From NCBI RefSeq assembly GCF_009914755.1, contig NC_060934.1: a stretch of 64,000 nt of DNA; one strand, written 5' to 3'. Within the stretch, counting starts at the first letter, position 1. Each line of letters starts with the position of its first letter. The notes below the pieces were generated by a model that worked only from the letters and a program-made list of their open reading frames with translations, was not told the origin of the DNA and ran no database searches. Origin of the DNA: the human T2T-CHM13v2.0 reference genome, Homo sapiens. A program made the translations under genes and the position numbers. This document shows positions 40,793 to 63,984 of this stretch, piece by piece.

Positions 40793-42864
40793 TCACTCTC
40801 TGAAACCAATAAGAAATCTCTTCCTGGCCCCTGTGTTTATATGGCTTGCTCCGATGGCTGGTGCTCACCAACCCTGCTGTGGTTGGGGCAGACCCTGAAT
40901 ATGGAGCTGCTATGATATAGTAGGGCTGGATGCCAACCTGTTTTGTGGATCTTCATCCTAGTTGTAAATGATTTCTCAGCCTCAAATTAAAACTCCTTGG
41001 CTTCTGGGCCCTGGTCTACCCCAGGGATTTGAGAGTGGGCATTTGGTCTCTCTGCTCTGTGCCCCTCAGTTCCATCACCATCCCTTGAAGTAGCCTAGAC
41101 ACCTGTTGTTTTCAGCTCCTTGCACCCTTTTTATTTTTGCTCATGGGACACCACCTCTCTCCTCCATCCCATATTCAGGTGGGTCTGCCCGTCCATAATT
41201 GCTGGTAGGGACCAAAGCTGGGGTTCAAACCCAAAGGGTCTGATTCCAAAACCCACTTTCATAAAAATTACTCTAGCTTGCTTCTTGGTACCAAATTACA
41301 TTGCTTTTCATTGCATTTAATTTTTAATACTCTAGATCGTGAAATACACTACAGAGTTTCTCTCCAGTCATTTGGATAACCACATGTCAGACAATATCTG
41401 AGTCAAGGTTTAAAATTACAGAAAATAAACCAAAGTTCTCATCTCACAACAGGGAAAAGTATCATCTTACTAGTTTTAATGGTGGCAAAAAATTAAGGTT
41501 CTGTTTGAAAAATTATTTTTTCTCTAAGATCCTTAGTCCTTTTTATTCCTCAACTACATCAGCTAAAATGTGGCCATGTATGATGATTATGGAAGTGAAG
41601 AGCTTTTTCTGAAGGATACTAACCTAATTACTCTGGAAATATCAACCATGAATCAAGAAGTATATTATGACTTAATTGTTCATTGCACAAAATTTAGATA
41701 ATCACTCATTTCTTCCATGCCTTCCCTCTCTCCATCTAGAAGCGTATTTAACTAAGTAATCAGGGGTACTAACTATTCACAGCCTAGGCAAGTGTAGGGA
41801 AATAACCACCTTAATAACACATTGGCAGCCTCAGAAATGGCTGGCTATGAATAAGCACATAGCACTTAGTCTGCTCCTTCTTATGTGTTTGCCAATACAT
41901 TTGCAATTTCATGCACAGTTTTAAATGTTAAGCATTAATCTGAAATGGGCACTGAAGCATCAGTAAAGTCTACAATTTGCCCCCTTTAATGAAAATGCTA
42001 GATATAGATTTAATGCAAAACTAAACATTTGGCTCAATATGTTCTACTCCAGTAAATTAGCTAGTGTTTGTCATCTTTTTAAAAAAACAGGGGCTGAATG
42101 CCTCATTTCACATGGTTTTGTTAGGGACAGATAGAAAGCTGATAAACAACCCATTTGTTCTATGACAGTAGCTCCTCGTCACACTACTGAAGTTAAGCTT
42201 CAGTGCTCATTTCCTTTACAAATCCTGTTGTGAGTTTAAGTGGCCTGCTGTTGAATATTTGACTGAAGTGTAGCCTTGACAAGAGTGTTTTCCCAGAGGA
42301 ACACAGACGAAGCTTTTTTGGACAGTGGCCCTAGAGCAGTGGATTCTGAAATGACTCAGTGAACCTGAAAGGGAACAGAGCATCAGGGAGCCCTACTGTG
42401 CGCTATTTGAAACTGTCAGAGATGTTATCCCACAACAGCCTGAACAGGTTCATGTAATTGCCCTCTACTTGGCCAGATGAGGAAACCGAGGGCTAGAGAT
42501 GAAGCTGTGTAGCTAGGAAGTGATGAAACCTGGATTTGACCCCACTCACTATTTCACACTGTCTGGCAGCTGGGAGCTGCCCTTCCTATATCTCTATCAG
42601 TGGTGCATTATTTGTCATTCAAGGAGCTTACACATGCCACCTCCTCCAGGAAGTCATTGCTGATTGCTCACTATTAACCATCCTTCTTATGTGTTTTTAT
42701 TGTACTTTATCTGTTTCCAATGTAGTCCTTAGGACATTCTGCCTTTTGGTACATTAATTTAATACCTATCTGACTCTTTATAAGAGAAAGGGCTATCTCT
42801 TACATTGACCTTGTATATACTGCAGGACTTTCACTATCAAAGGCACTCGATAAATGTTCATTGA

Positions 42865-43584
<720 letters not shown>

Positions 43585-44967
43585 CTAGCTGTATGACCTT
43601 AGGAGAGTTGCAGAGCTTCTCTGAGTTTCAGATTCCTTCCGTTATAAAGCAAGGATAGGAATAGTATCTACTGCAAAAGGTTGTTGCAGAAGTCCAATAA
43701 GAGAAGGCACACATAGTGCTTAGAATAGTGCCTGGTACATAGAAAATGCTCACTGAACCTTGGCTATTATTTTCCAGAAATGTTTGGAGATTTTTATAGC
43801 ATAGGCAAGAAACTTTGTGGCACTGGTTGTTTACCATTTTAAAACGTAAAAAAAAAAAGGAAATATTTGATTTGATTAATAGCTGAACTGACAACGTGCA
43901 AGAACCATCTAATAATGACCAATCATGAAAGGTTATGGAAAAAGAAATGATTTAAGAAGGCCAAGAGCCAGGCCAAGGTATTGGTAAGCCCTGAACTCAT
44001 CACATGTCTGGAGTCGACAGTTCAATCAGTTCTAGTTTTGAATATGGGCAGGAGCTTTTTGTAAAAAAAAAGTTTTGGGGCAATATGCATATGGCTTTCT
44101 TTTCTTTCTTTCTCTTTTCCTGCCCCCTGGGCAATATGTGTACTGCTTTCTGAGAATGAGTTTCCAAATAATTGTGTACCTACTGATGCAGGTGTCATAA
44201 TTTCCAAACCCATCCAATCAATATGTACCAGACAGAGATCTGCTCACAGTTCAGAGAGCTAATTTGGTAACTCCAGTGGGCCATTCTGTTCCTTGTTCTG
44301 GATAACCAACTAACTAACCTACTGCCTATTGAACACTATTTGACTTGGGTAAGCCCCTCAACATCCCTTTGAGCTTGAATCTTCTTACAGATAAATATGG
44401 ATCAAAATATGGATACCTCTCCTTCCTTTCCCTCTTTGGACCTCAGTTTCTCATCTGTAAAATGACCAGGTGGCCTCTTAGTCCCTCCTCTGGCTAACCT
44501 TCCATGGTTCTGCCTCCCGGGGATGCTGTAAAGTCAGTTCAATGATACTGACTAAACTGCTGTGAACTTCCTGACCCAGGGCCCAGCTGGACACCAACTG
44601 ACTAGGAGAGTTGATGGCTACACAGGGAAGAACTGCCTCTCCTCAGCTGCCGGACAGGGAAAGGAGGGGTGGGGCAGCTGCTGATGGCTATGTCTTCCCC
44701 TGTGTCCTGGTCACCTGGCCTCTGCTTGCATGCAACAACTCTATTTTTGAACAGGAGGTGGGTGGCAGGAGGGCCCAGAGGTCTGAATTTTCTTAAACAG
44801 CCAGGCATCCTTGGGCTGACACGGTGTCCTAGCTCTCATCAAAGGACATGATGAATATATATAAAGCGAAGCTACATGAGCAGCCCACTGTGAAGGGAGG
44901 AGAAGGGCAGGAGGTCTTGAAGCCTAGATTCTTTGGCTCCAGGTGGCTGGAAAAGTCAATAGCTCTA

Positions 44968-45140
44968 GACAGTTTCCCAAGCCGGCTGCGCACCAGCAGC
45001 ACTTGGAAAGGTAGTTTGAAGTACAGATTTGTGGGCTGTAGCTTAGAACACTCTGATTCAGGAGGTGAATGGCCTGAGCATCTTATTTTTAGCAAACTCC
45101 CCAGGTGGTTCTCGTGCACAGCGAGGCTTGGGAATCCCTT
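44968..45140. mobile_element. MER5-type hAT MITE
   Basis: CAGTTTCCCAAG...CTGATTCAG...GGCCTGAGCATC...AAACTCCCCAGGTGGTTCT...TTGGGAATC. Confidence 0.65.
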
Positions 45141-45456
45141 TGGTTTAGGTCATGGGGAGATAGAAGTGATAAGAGAAGAATGGCTGGTGAAGCACATCAG
45201 CTCCACCCATGCTCCAGTGGGGTCAGTAGTATGTGGCATCCCAGCTCATTCCAGCTGTGCCATGGTTGTGTCTTAAAATCTCAAAGCCTCGATGCTTATT
45301 TCTAAAATGGGAATCATACTGACAACCCCATAGTATCAATGTGAGGGTGAAATGGATGATGCCCATAAGGCACTTAGCAGGGGGCCTGGCACAGAGCGAG
45401 CATTGAATAAATGTCAGTTATTGTCATTATTGTTGTTGTTAACATTATTATGGAGG

Positions 45457-45569
45457 GCCAGGTGCGGTGGTTCCCACTTGTAATCGCAGCACTTTGGGAG
45501 GTTGAGGTGCAAGAATTGCTTGAGGCCAGGAGTTCGAGACCAGCCTGGGCAACATAACAAGATCCTTTT

Positions 45570-45612
<43 letters not shown>

Positions 45613-45790
45613 GAAAAAATTAGCCAGGTGTGGTGGTGCATGCCTTTAGTCCTAGCTACTCAGGGGGCTGAGGAGAGAGAATCACTTGAACTCAGGAGTT
45701 GGAGGTTGCAGTGAGCTATGATTGTGCCACTGCACTCCAGCCTGGGCAACAGGGTGAGACCTCATCTCTTAAAAAAAAATTAAAAAGAAA
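45457..45790 (+). mobile_element. AluJ-like with (CA)n in the linker (45573-45610)
   Basis: Alu text with an internal microsatellite. Confidence 0.9.
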
Positions 45791-45892
45791 AGATTTTTAA
45801 ATTCTTAAGAAAAACCCAAACAAAAACCATTATTAACTAATGAAGCACTTGGCCATTCCTGGCTGTTGTTCTTTTCCTTATTGTAGGGTGGG

Positions 45893-46246
45893 TGTCTTAG
45901 TTTGGGCTGCTAGAACAAATATAACAGACTGGGTACTTAAACAACAAGCATTTCTTTCACACAGTTTTGGAGACTGGAAGTCCAAGGTCAAGGTACCGAC
46001 AGATCCAGTGTCTGGAGCGGGCCCACTTTCTGGTTCATAGATGGCTGTCTTCTCACTGAGTGCTCACATGGCAGAGAGCAGAGAGACACAAGAAGCAACC
46101 TCTCATGTCTCTTCTTAGAAAAGCATGAATCCCATTTCTGAGGGCTCTACTCTCATGATCTAATCACCTCCCAAAGCCCCTGCCTCCTAATTCCGTCACA
46201 CTGGGGGTAAAGATTTCAGCATATGAATTCTGTTCAGTCCATAAGA
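45893..46246 (-). mobile_element. MLT1A-type MaLR solo LTR
   Basis: TGTCTTAGTTTGGGCTGCT...GGAAGTCCAAGGTCAAGG...TTCAGTCCATA; 5-bp TSD GTGGG at 45888-45892 and 46247-46251. Confidence 0.88.
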
Positions 46247-46970
46247 GTGGGATAGCCCTGGACAACATCTAAGGTCTTGTTTGCTAGATGATTTGCTCCA
46301 GAGCCCCCAAGGAACTGCACTTGTAACACATTTTCAAAGATGACTCATGAAAGTAGGCTAAAAAATGTTAATATTATTCAATCTGGGTGATGAGTATTTA
46401 ACTGGCTATTAAGATATTCCTTCAATTTCCTTGATATTTGAAATATTTCATAACAACAACAGCAACAATAAACTAAGCTAATATTCATAAATGCCAGCTG
46501 ATTGGTTCATGTTAATCCTAGCTGGTGTGACCTTGATCAAAATGGGTAAGCAGGCAAAATGGCCTTCAGGACCCTCCAGCTGTGTGACTATACTCCCCTC
46601 TTTGAGACCCCTGTCAGTCCCTCCCAAGTTCTTCAGCCACCCAAGACCTCCCTTCCTCAAGGACCTGTTCTTCCAGAGCTCCTGATCTCATCTTGGAGCT
46701 AGTTTGATTGGAGGTATTAACAGTTGATGGTGGCTTAATTTCGATTTCTGCTTTTTCTCATAAACCAAGTGGCATACACGTCAGACCCCTGCCTGTGAGT
46801 GATGAGGACATTTTGATGGAGGGTGAAAGTTGTACACTACCCTCGCAAACTACTAGGTGTAAAGCTGCTCCCTTTTTGCATGGAAAGGTCAACTCCATTT
46901 CAACATTATAATGTTCAGTTTCTGTTCAGAGCAATTCAGAATGGTGCCAAAACAACTGCTCAATTCAGGC

Positions 46971-46971
<1 letters not shown>

Positions 46972-47015
<44 letters not shown>
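46972..47015. repeat. (TG)22 microsatellite
   Basis: Direct count. Confidence 0.95.
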
Positions 47016-47018
<3 letters not shown>

Positions 47019-47472
47019 AACCTGTCAGTTTGTTGGTTGAAAAAAAAAGTGATGAGTTGCCTTTATGTAAACAAAATAGCCAGTTAATTGACTGGGATTT
47101 TCACTTTTTAACCCGTCATCATTGCAAAGACAAAGAGAACTTTTGCTAAGTTGCTTTTCACAATGTCACACAGTCAAACAAGCACACATTCAAGGTGAGA
47201 TTTTCCTTTAGTTACTATCCTTCTCTGGTGTGAATACCTAACCTGATATCAAATCTTTCTCTTCTTCCTTCACAGTCCTCCAGATGTGCTTTGATTTCCT
47301 TAGTGTCTTAGTTTTCTCCTGAGGAGCCACCTCTCTCTCTTGGATACCTGCAGCGCTGCCCAAACTTCAATCATTCCCATATGGCTCTCCTGGTTTTTGC
47401 CATATCCATGTACCACCCTTCCTATCATTGAACCAGCTTTCTTTACATAAAATCACTTAGAAAATAAGTTTA

Positions 47473-48293
<821 letters not shown>

Positions 48294-49971
48294 TTAAAGT
48301 TTAAAAACATATAGCACCAAACTCAGATTTTTCCTCCTTCATTTAATCCAAGCAACCAAAAAAGCTAATAACCTCTTTAAGTAATTGTTATTTAATGCCT
48401 ACAATGATCCCTTATGCTAAAAGTAGCCACATCCCACTCTTTGGAGCTCTGGATCCTTGCAAATTGTCTTCCAATCAGACTACCTGCTTCTATTCTGGCC
48501 TTAATACCTTGAATGCCCAAGCCACCCACTCCCTTGTTAGCTTTGGAGTCTTGCATTCTTTCCCAGCGTCTTCTACAAGTCTCTTCAGGCCTTTGTACCT
48601 CACCTCACTTGCCACTCATTCAGGTCCACATAGATGCTAATTTTGTGAGCATTTTTCCTAAACCCTGCCTCAAAGACTTCCAAGGAAGGCTGACAGTGTG
48701 TCACTTAGCCTCTCAGAGGCTCCATTTCCTCATCTGCAAATCAACGAAGTCTAATCATTCTGGCCTCACAGACTGTTGCGAGGATTAAATGATCCAATGG
48801 AGAGAAAGTGCCTTGCACAATGGCCGTAATACATGCTCAATAAGCGGCAGCACGTTGTTAGCCATGGAGTCATCCAGTCTGACTCCAGTGTCAACTTCTT
48901 TCAGTCAGTTCTTGAACTACCTCTTAGCCCTTGCTACACACATTCACTGGCTCTTACAAATGCCAATAAGCTGTTGGTTTACTCAAACTCCTGGTCAGTG
49001 ATGGTTGATTGTCTGGAATGCCATGTGTGTTTGCTTGGTGTATCTCAGACCTGGAGTAGCTACGGAAGTCAAGGAGTCCTGCAAGGGAGTGTGATTGGAT
49101 AGCATGTCCTACTGTTCCCACCAGAGAGATTCATGTCTTCGTGGACAGCTTTTGTTATCCTCCCTTAGTGGACGTAAGTAGAGGGACAGTTTTTACAAGG
49201 GACTGTGGCCATTTGCTCTCAAGAGGCTTTGGAGTCTCCTCCTGAGTATGAGGCACTAAGTTCCCATGGTAAGATCAGTTTCTTTGTACAAGCCTCTCCA
49301 GCCCGTCTTTGCCTTACACACTAGACTCTTGGGACCGGGGCTCATCCTCTTATAAAAGGATGCCAAGCAGAGGGTCATACAGTAAAGGGAGGTAAACATT
49401 CTTTTAAACTAGTTTATCAATTCAACACAGCACAGTGGTGTTGGGTTACCAGGGTCAACAGCCAGCAGTCACATTCCTCAGCTGTTCGATTGGGGCAATG
49501 CATTAACAAACAGCCAGGGAAACTCTTTTTGATTAATTATGTTGATAAGTTTTTTTTGTAGTGTGCTACAAGCTCTTTTAATTTAATCTGCTTGGACAGC
49601 AGCCCATTCAGGTGAAATGTCTTGACTTATCTAAAGAAGCACTGATGAGAAGGCTACTGGGCCTGGGATTTTACTGTACTATCATGTAATCATTAACACA
49701 TGTAGCTACTGTTTTCCTGCATTTTGATTTTCTTCTTGAAAGGAAGGACATGTCTGTGGGGTGGGGGTATTAGGGAAGTAAGGATGAGACCCAGCAGCAG
49801 TGACAGGAAAAGAGGATGCTATTACTAGCTGAGCCTGAAAACACTATCTTTATTGCCAGGAGTAAAAGTATTTGAAAGCACTAATAATGGCTTCAGTGAA
49901 TACTCATCTTTTAAAAAAGAGCAAAGGATGGCGAGGACATAGTTCTCTCAAAGAGTGGAAGTCTTCTAGAT

Positions 49972-50192
49972 TAGGGTTGTCCAATCTTTTCACTTCCCTG
50001 GGCCATGATGGAAGAAAAATTGTCTTGGGCCACACATAAAATACACTCACAGTAATGATAGGTGATGAGCTAAAAAAAAAATTGCAAAAAAACCTCATAA
50101 TGTTATAAGAAAGTTTATGAATTTGCATTGGGCTGCATTTAAAGCCATCCTGGGCCACGTGTGGCACATGGGCCGCGAGTTGGACAAGCTTG
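49972..50192 (+). mobile_element. MER30 (hAT-Charlie)
   Basis: Termini TAGGGTTGTCCAATC / GGACAAGCTTG; perfect 8-bp TSD TTCTAGAT (49964-49971, 50193-50200). Confidence 0.9.
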
Positions 50193-50200
50193 TTCTAGAT

Positions 50201-50410
50201 CAAGGTTTCTCAACCTTGGAAATACTGGCACTTTGGGCTGGATAAGGCTCTGTTGTGGGGTGCCTGTCCTGTGCACTGTAGGATGTGTAGCCTTTTCCCA
50301 GTAGGTGCCAGCAGCACCCCTCACCCCCACAATTGTGATAACCAAAAAGATCTGTAGACATTGCCAAATGTCTCCTGGGGCACAAAATTGCCCCCAGTTG
50401 AGAACCACTG
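50201..50410 (-). mobile_element. MER20 (hAT-Charlie)
   Basis: Minus strand CAGTGGTTCTCAACTGGGGGCAATTTTGTGCCCCAGGAGACATTTGGCAATGTCT; flanks TTCTAGAT / TCCTGGAT. Confidence 0.88.
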
Positions 50411-50797
50411 TCCTGGATGTACAGATTCAAATCTTAAGTAGCCTATTATGACTCTCTGCTGATCTCTTTTCCATCACCTCATTTAAGACACAATTCAACA
50501 CATAGCTCTTCCAGGGGGCCCATCCTCACTGACTTCTTTGTCATCTGTCCTCCCTACATTAAGACCTTGGGTCTATACTATCTTCTCCTTCCTTCTCTTC
50601 TTCCTCTTCTCCCTTCTTGTTTTTTCATCCACAGAACTCTGTTCTGAGCAACTGTTCAATATCAACTTGTGAATTAACCAGGGAATTATTTCTCCTTTAT
50701 GTTTGTGACAGACATCTATCTCAGAGGCAACCCAGACAAAATTTCCCAAATTATCCAAAAATAAAATGAATATTCTCTGATTAAAAACAGATGTCTA

Positions 50798-51384
<587 letters not shown>

Positions 51385-52128
51385 TTAATCCACTATATGC
51401 CACATGCATTATCTCATTTAATTCACACATTATCCCCATTTTGTAGAGGAGGAAATAGAGTTTTAGTGAAGTGAAGTAATTTGTGCAAGTTCCCAGAGTC
51501 GAACTGGCAGTGTGAGGATTTGAACCTGGGCAGCTTGATCCTGGGGTGGGTCCTCAGCCCCTGTTCACACAGTTAAAGTCCTAAAGGGGTGGAAGGTCAC
51601 CAAATAAGGCTGAGGACCAAGGGCAGGATGACTTTTCAGGAGCTGTAAGAACAACTTGTCTGAATTCTAGAGGCCCCAGCTTTCAGTGTCTGGACCTATG
51701 CAAATCTGCAAGTGAATGTGGTCCTATTTCTTTGTTTCCATCTGTCTTAGTGAAACTGGCCCTGCTTAGCGGTGTGGAGTATTGCTTTCCCAGTTTAGAA
51801 AGTTAATTTATAAAGACAGCTGAAGTGAAGAATATGGTTCAAGAGGGTGCCTCAGCTAGCAGGTGCTGGGGGAGTGGGGTGGGGGTGGGGAATATAGGGC
51901 TGGAGAATCACGAAATAAATTAAATCTTTGACATTTGATGACTGTGGGAGAAAAACATGTGTGGACATAGATCCAAAGCCTTGGCAGTACCTATCCCTTA
52001 CCTGTCCTAAGCCCCGTTTTTTGCTCATTTTGTATTTCTCATACGAAAGCACAAAGTTGTAGTTTCCAATTTCTCGGTGGCAAAATTGTGGCAAACATTG
52101 AAAAATATTTGAAAAAGATTTCCCTTTG

Positions 52129-52346
52129 CTCTTCTCCTTCTCCTTCTCCCTCTCCCTCTTCCTCTCCTTCTCCCTCCCCCTCCCTTCCTCCTCCTCCTCC
52201 TCCTCCTCCTCCTCCTCCTCCTCCTCCTCCTCCTCCTCCTCCTCCTCCTCCTCCTCCTCCTCCTTCTTCTTCTTCTTCTTCTTCTTCTTCTTCTTCTTCT
52301 TCTTCTTCTTCTTCTTCTTCTTCTTCTTTCTTCTTCTTCTTCTTCT
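52129..52346. repeat. Pure polypyrimidine tract including (TCC)26(TTC)21T(TTC)6
   Basis: Direct count; lies at the tail of the minus-strand Alu 52353-52624. Confidence 0.95.
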
Positions 52347-52352
52347 GTGTTT

Positions 52353-53936
<1,584 letters not shown>

Positions 53937-55598
53937 TAAATGTTTCTTACACATGTTGTTATTTAATCTTCTCAACAACTCTGCTGTGGGTATTATAACC
54001 CTATTTTAGAAAGGTGGACGCTGATACAGTGTAAGTCACTTTATGCAGTGTTCCCACTTTAGTAGGTGGAAATCTGGGACTCCAAAGTTCATGTTCTGAA
54101 CTATCAAACATTGCTCTTTATAGATTTAATCAAACACATTTCTCTCCCACCTGCCCTTTCTTCTTCATACCTACAGACTTCTAAATGTTTGAAACATTTT
54201 TATTGTGCCTAACCTGTAGGGCAAGTGCTCTAGTGCCTGTGAAAAAAGAACAGCAATTGGCTTTATTATTCTCCTAATAAAAAATCAATTTGGCAATAAA
54301 CATTTATTGAACCCTTTTTTATTTATCAAGCACCATGTTAAGAGCTGGGGAGACAACAGTGAATGAAATAAATATTGTCTCTACTCTTATGGAGCACAGT
54401 AGAGTCAGGTTCTCCAACAGTAATTCAGATAGTTTGTGGTTGGATCCACCCTATATAAACATCCTCTTGGCTTTCCAACTGAGACCATAGGTTTACAATG
54501 AGCAAAGTAAGATGGAGCAGCTGACGCTGAGGGTTCAAAATAGTCACCTCCACTATTTAGAGGTTTCTTCTCTGACACTCCCCTCTACTTTTTTCCTTGC
54601 CCTCTGTTTCCTGACTACCCTGGAGCAGTATCGCTTTCATCTCTGACTGGACAAAGGAAGGGACAAGATGTGTAATTCAAAATTACTCTGATAGCTACAC
54701 AGGTCTTCTGTGTACAGTTGTGCAATTTGTGCACTGCACAAAGACATCTGGTTGAAGAGCTGGCTGGAGCTGAAATCCTGCTTGTGCCCCATTTGCCAAG
54801 GGGTGGCCCCACCTGGGGCTCTACCAGCCTTGAGGAAGGGCCTCTTTTTCTACCTACCAAGATTCCCATGGTGGACACCAGGAGCCACGGGTCCATGAGC
54901 TACAGAGGCATCCCATGAACTTGAGGAAGCCCTCTTGGCCAACCTAGAAAGAGAATGGAAAGGGAGATCATTGAAACAGCTGGGTCAAATTGAAATTTTG
55001 GATTATGTGTGAAACTCACCATTTGTACTCTCCATGTCGCCCATGGACTCAGTGGATGGAATTCAAAGTGCCTTCAGGTTTGATGGCAGTAAGAATGCCA
55101 GTTCAACACAGGAAAAAGGCATGGTGGTTAAAAGCATACACTTTATAGGGTACATAATGTGACTTGAGAGACTTCTTGCCAGCAAGCAATAGAAGAGAAT
55201 GGAAGAATTGGTAACAATTTTCAGGTGGTTTATTTCCTAGACTTAATTCCTAGAGCTAAGCAGATCACCTCATCATAATGACGAAGAGAATACTAACACC
55301 TGCACAGCCCTCTCCAGCATAAACCAAGAGGTTTTTCACAGGGAGTACATTCATTGTTTTTCTGATTGTGTATAGCAATATTAATAGCTTTCATTTAGTA
55401 AGCACAGATACGTGCAGGACATTGTACTGAGAATTTCACCTACATTGCTTTATTGAATTCTCTTTATATCCCCATAAAGGAGGTATGATTATGTTTTATG
55501 CATGGGGACACTGACATTTGAGTTACTCAAGGTCATATAATAAAGAAGTGGTACAGCAGGGCTTGAACCCTTGCCTTTTGACTTCAAAACCCACACCT

Positions 55599-58890
<3,292 letters not shown>

Positions 58891-59404
58891 CCATCCAATG
58901 AATCCACTGCCTTCCTTGGCAATTGGTTCATCAATTGAGTTAAAGAAGGAGAATATAGCAGGTACTTGGCTTACATGATCTCACTTAACTGCTGTAACAA
59001 TCAGGTGAGATGAGATTTATTATCTCTGTCTCATCCATAAGGAAACTGTATCTTATTCAGTCAACAAATATTGGGTATAGCCCATAGCCAGACTTTGTTC
59101 CAGGAGGCTCAGGAAGGTCATGGGAATTGCTCGAGATTGTATATGGCTGGTCAGTGGAAGAACTAGGATTTGAACTCAGGTCTGACCAATGACATGGGTT
59201 AGGTTTTCCTTGGAGAGATGGGAGAGTGGGAACAAATAAAATAATGACAATAAACATATTGAGCCCTGACTTTATACCAGTATGAAACTTTATACCACTC
59301 AGTGCTTGTGAAGCATTACCTCATCGAGTCTTTGCATCATCCTTACAAAGCAGGTATTGTTATCCTCATTATACACGTGAGGAACCTGAGGCTCAATGAT
59401 GTTA

Positions 59405-60090
<686 letters not shown>

Positions 60091-60822
60091 ACAGTAAATT
60101 GCAATCCAGGTCTTCTCATTCCAAACCATTAGCCGATGTGTAGTATTGCCTTTGTTTTCCTGCCTTTACAAAGGTAGTTGGGAGACCTAGCCTCTGACAT
60201 GACATCAGAACACCTTGAAACAATCAATTAAAAAGTGCAGATCAATCTGGTGGGTGTGCATGGAGGTGCCCAAGAGTGGGGAAGGAAGGCAGAGGATGAT
60301 GTATGTGGGAAAAAGGGCTGGGGAGCAGAGTGAAGTAATGAATATTGGGTAGGTTGAACCAGGCTTCATGGGAGGCATTTTCAGCCAGGTTTCAGCTGAT
60401 ATATGCTTGATGACAGCAGAGAAAAATAACAGGGTAAGTTTGAGAATCAGGGATAATTTTTGAATGGCATGACTTTGTACATGGTAAGTCAGTTGTAAAA
60501 AAACAAACAAAGCAACAGCAGCAACAGCAAAACTCCATCTCCTCTGAAACGGAGGAATTGCCCTGTTGAAGAGATGGGCTGCATCCAGGTCCTCAGGGTT
60601 TTGTTTGGGTGAATATTCAAGGCCTGAAAGACCCTGGATCTTGTCATGGCTTTCTGTTGTTAATTAACTGGGGTGACTATGGGGTCATTTAATATCCTTA
60701 TCTCTAAAATGAATGTTGAGTCCTCCAAAGTTCCATCTAGTGATAATATTTATTCTCCTTTCTTGCAAGGCAGAGGACAGTACCAGCCTCTGGCACACAG
60801 ATGATGGCTGAGAAATGCTTGT

Positions 60823-62508
<1,686 letters not shown>

Positions 62509-62599
62509 TAAAGAGCTTGAGTCTCTCTGCTCAAAATTTCAAACTCAAAAAGTTTACTCATCTGGATTACTTTCATATAGGCTTCTGAGACTGAGTCAG

Positions 62600-63155
62600 A
62601 GCCTTGGAACCCAGCTGATCTACTTGTTTGTGGCAGTAGAGCGGCAGATACCCTGGTTGGCCTCCAGGTCTCCAATCTCTCCTTGTTCCTCACTAACAGG
62701 GCTCCAGCTGGGCTTAGGGCAGCAGGTTGCCCATGGAAGATCACATACCTCCCCAGAGCCCCTTGAAGCTGAAGTGTCTACAACCCAAGTCTGGCCAAAA
62801 AATATCCGTAGAAGCTTCCTCTGTGGGGCTTTCAGGAAAGCCCTATTGTTTTCCTGAGAAAAAGGGACAAGTCCAATCAGTACACATGTTTTGCCCTTGA
62901 CCCCTCCCCTTCTTTCTGTGTAGAGTATGAACACCATGCTGGAGGGGCAGCAGCCCAGCTTTCCATTGTGAGGAAGAAAGTCAGGCATTAAGAGTAGCGG
63001 AGAAAAGTTACAAGGAGGCTGGGACCTTGTTTTCTGTAAGCAGCTGCCTCAGCCCTACCTCAAGACTTCTATAATGTGAGAAAAAGAGAAAAAACCCTAT
63101 TTGGTGAAGCACTATGTTCAGTGACTTGCAGCTAAGTAAAATTTTAACTGATGCA
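62600..63155 (+). mobile_element. Ancient ERVL-type LTR (LTR16/LTR33/MLT1-like)
   Basis: Ends ...GACTTGCAGCTAAGTAAAATTTTAACTGATGCA, typical of old ERVL LTR 3' termini; family uncertain. Confidence 0.5.
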
Positions 63156-63984
<829 letters not shown>

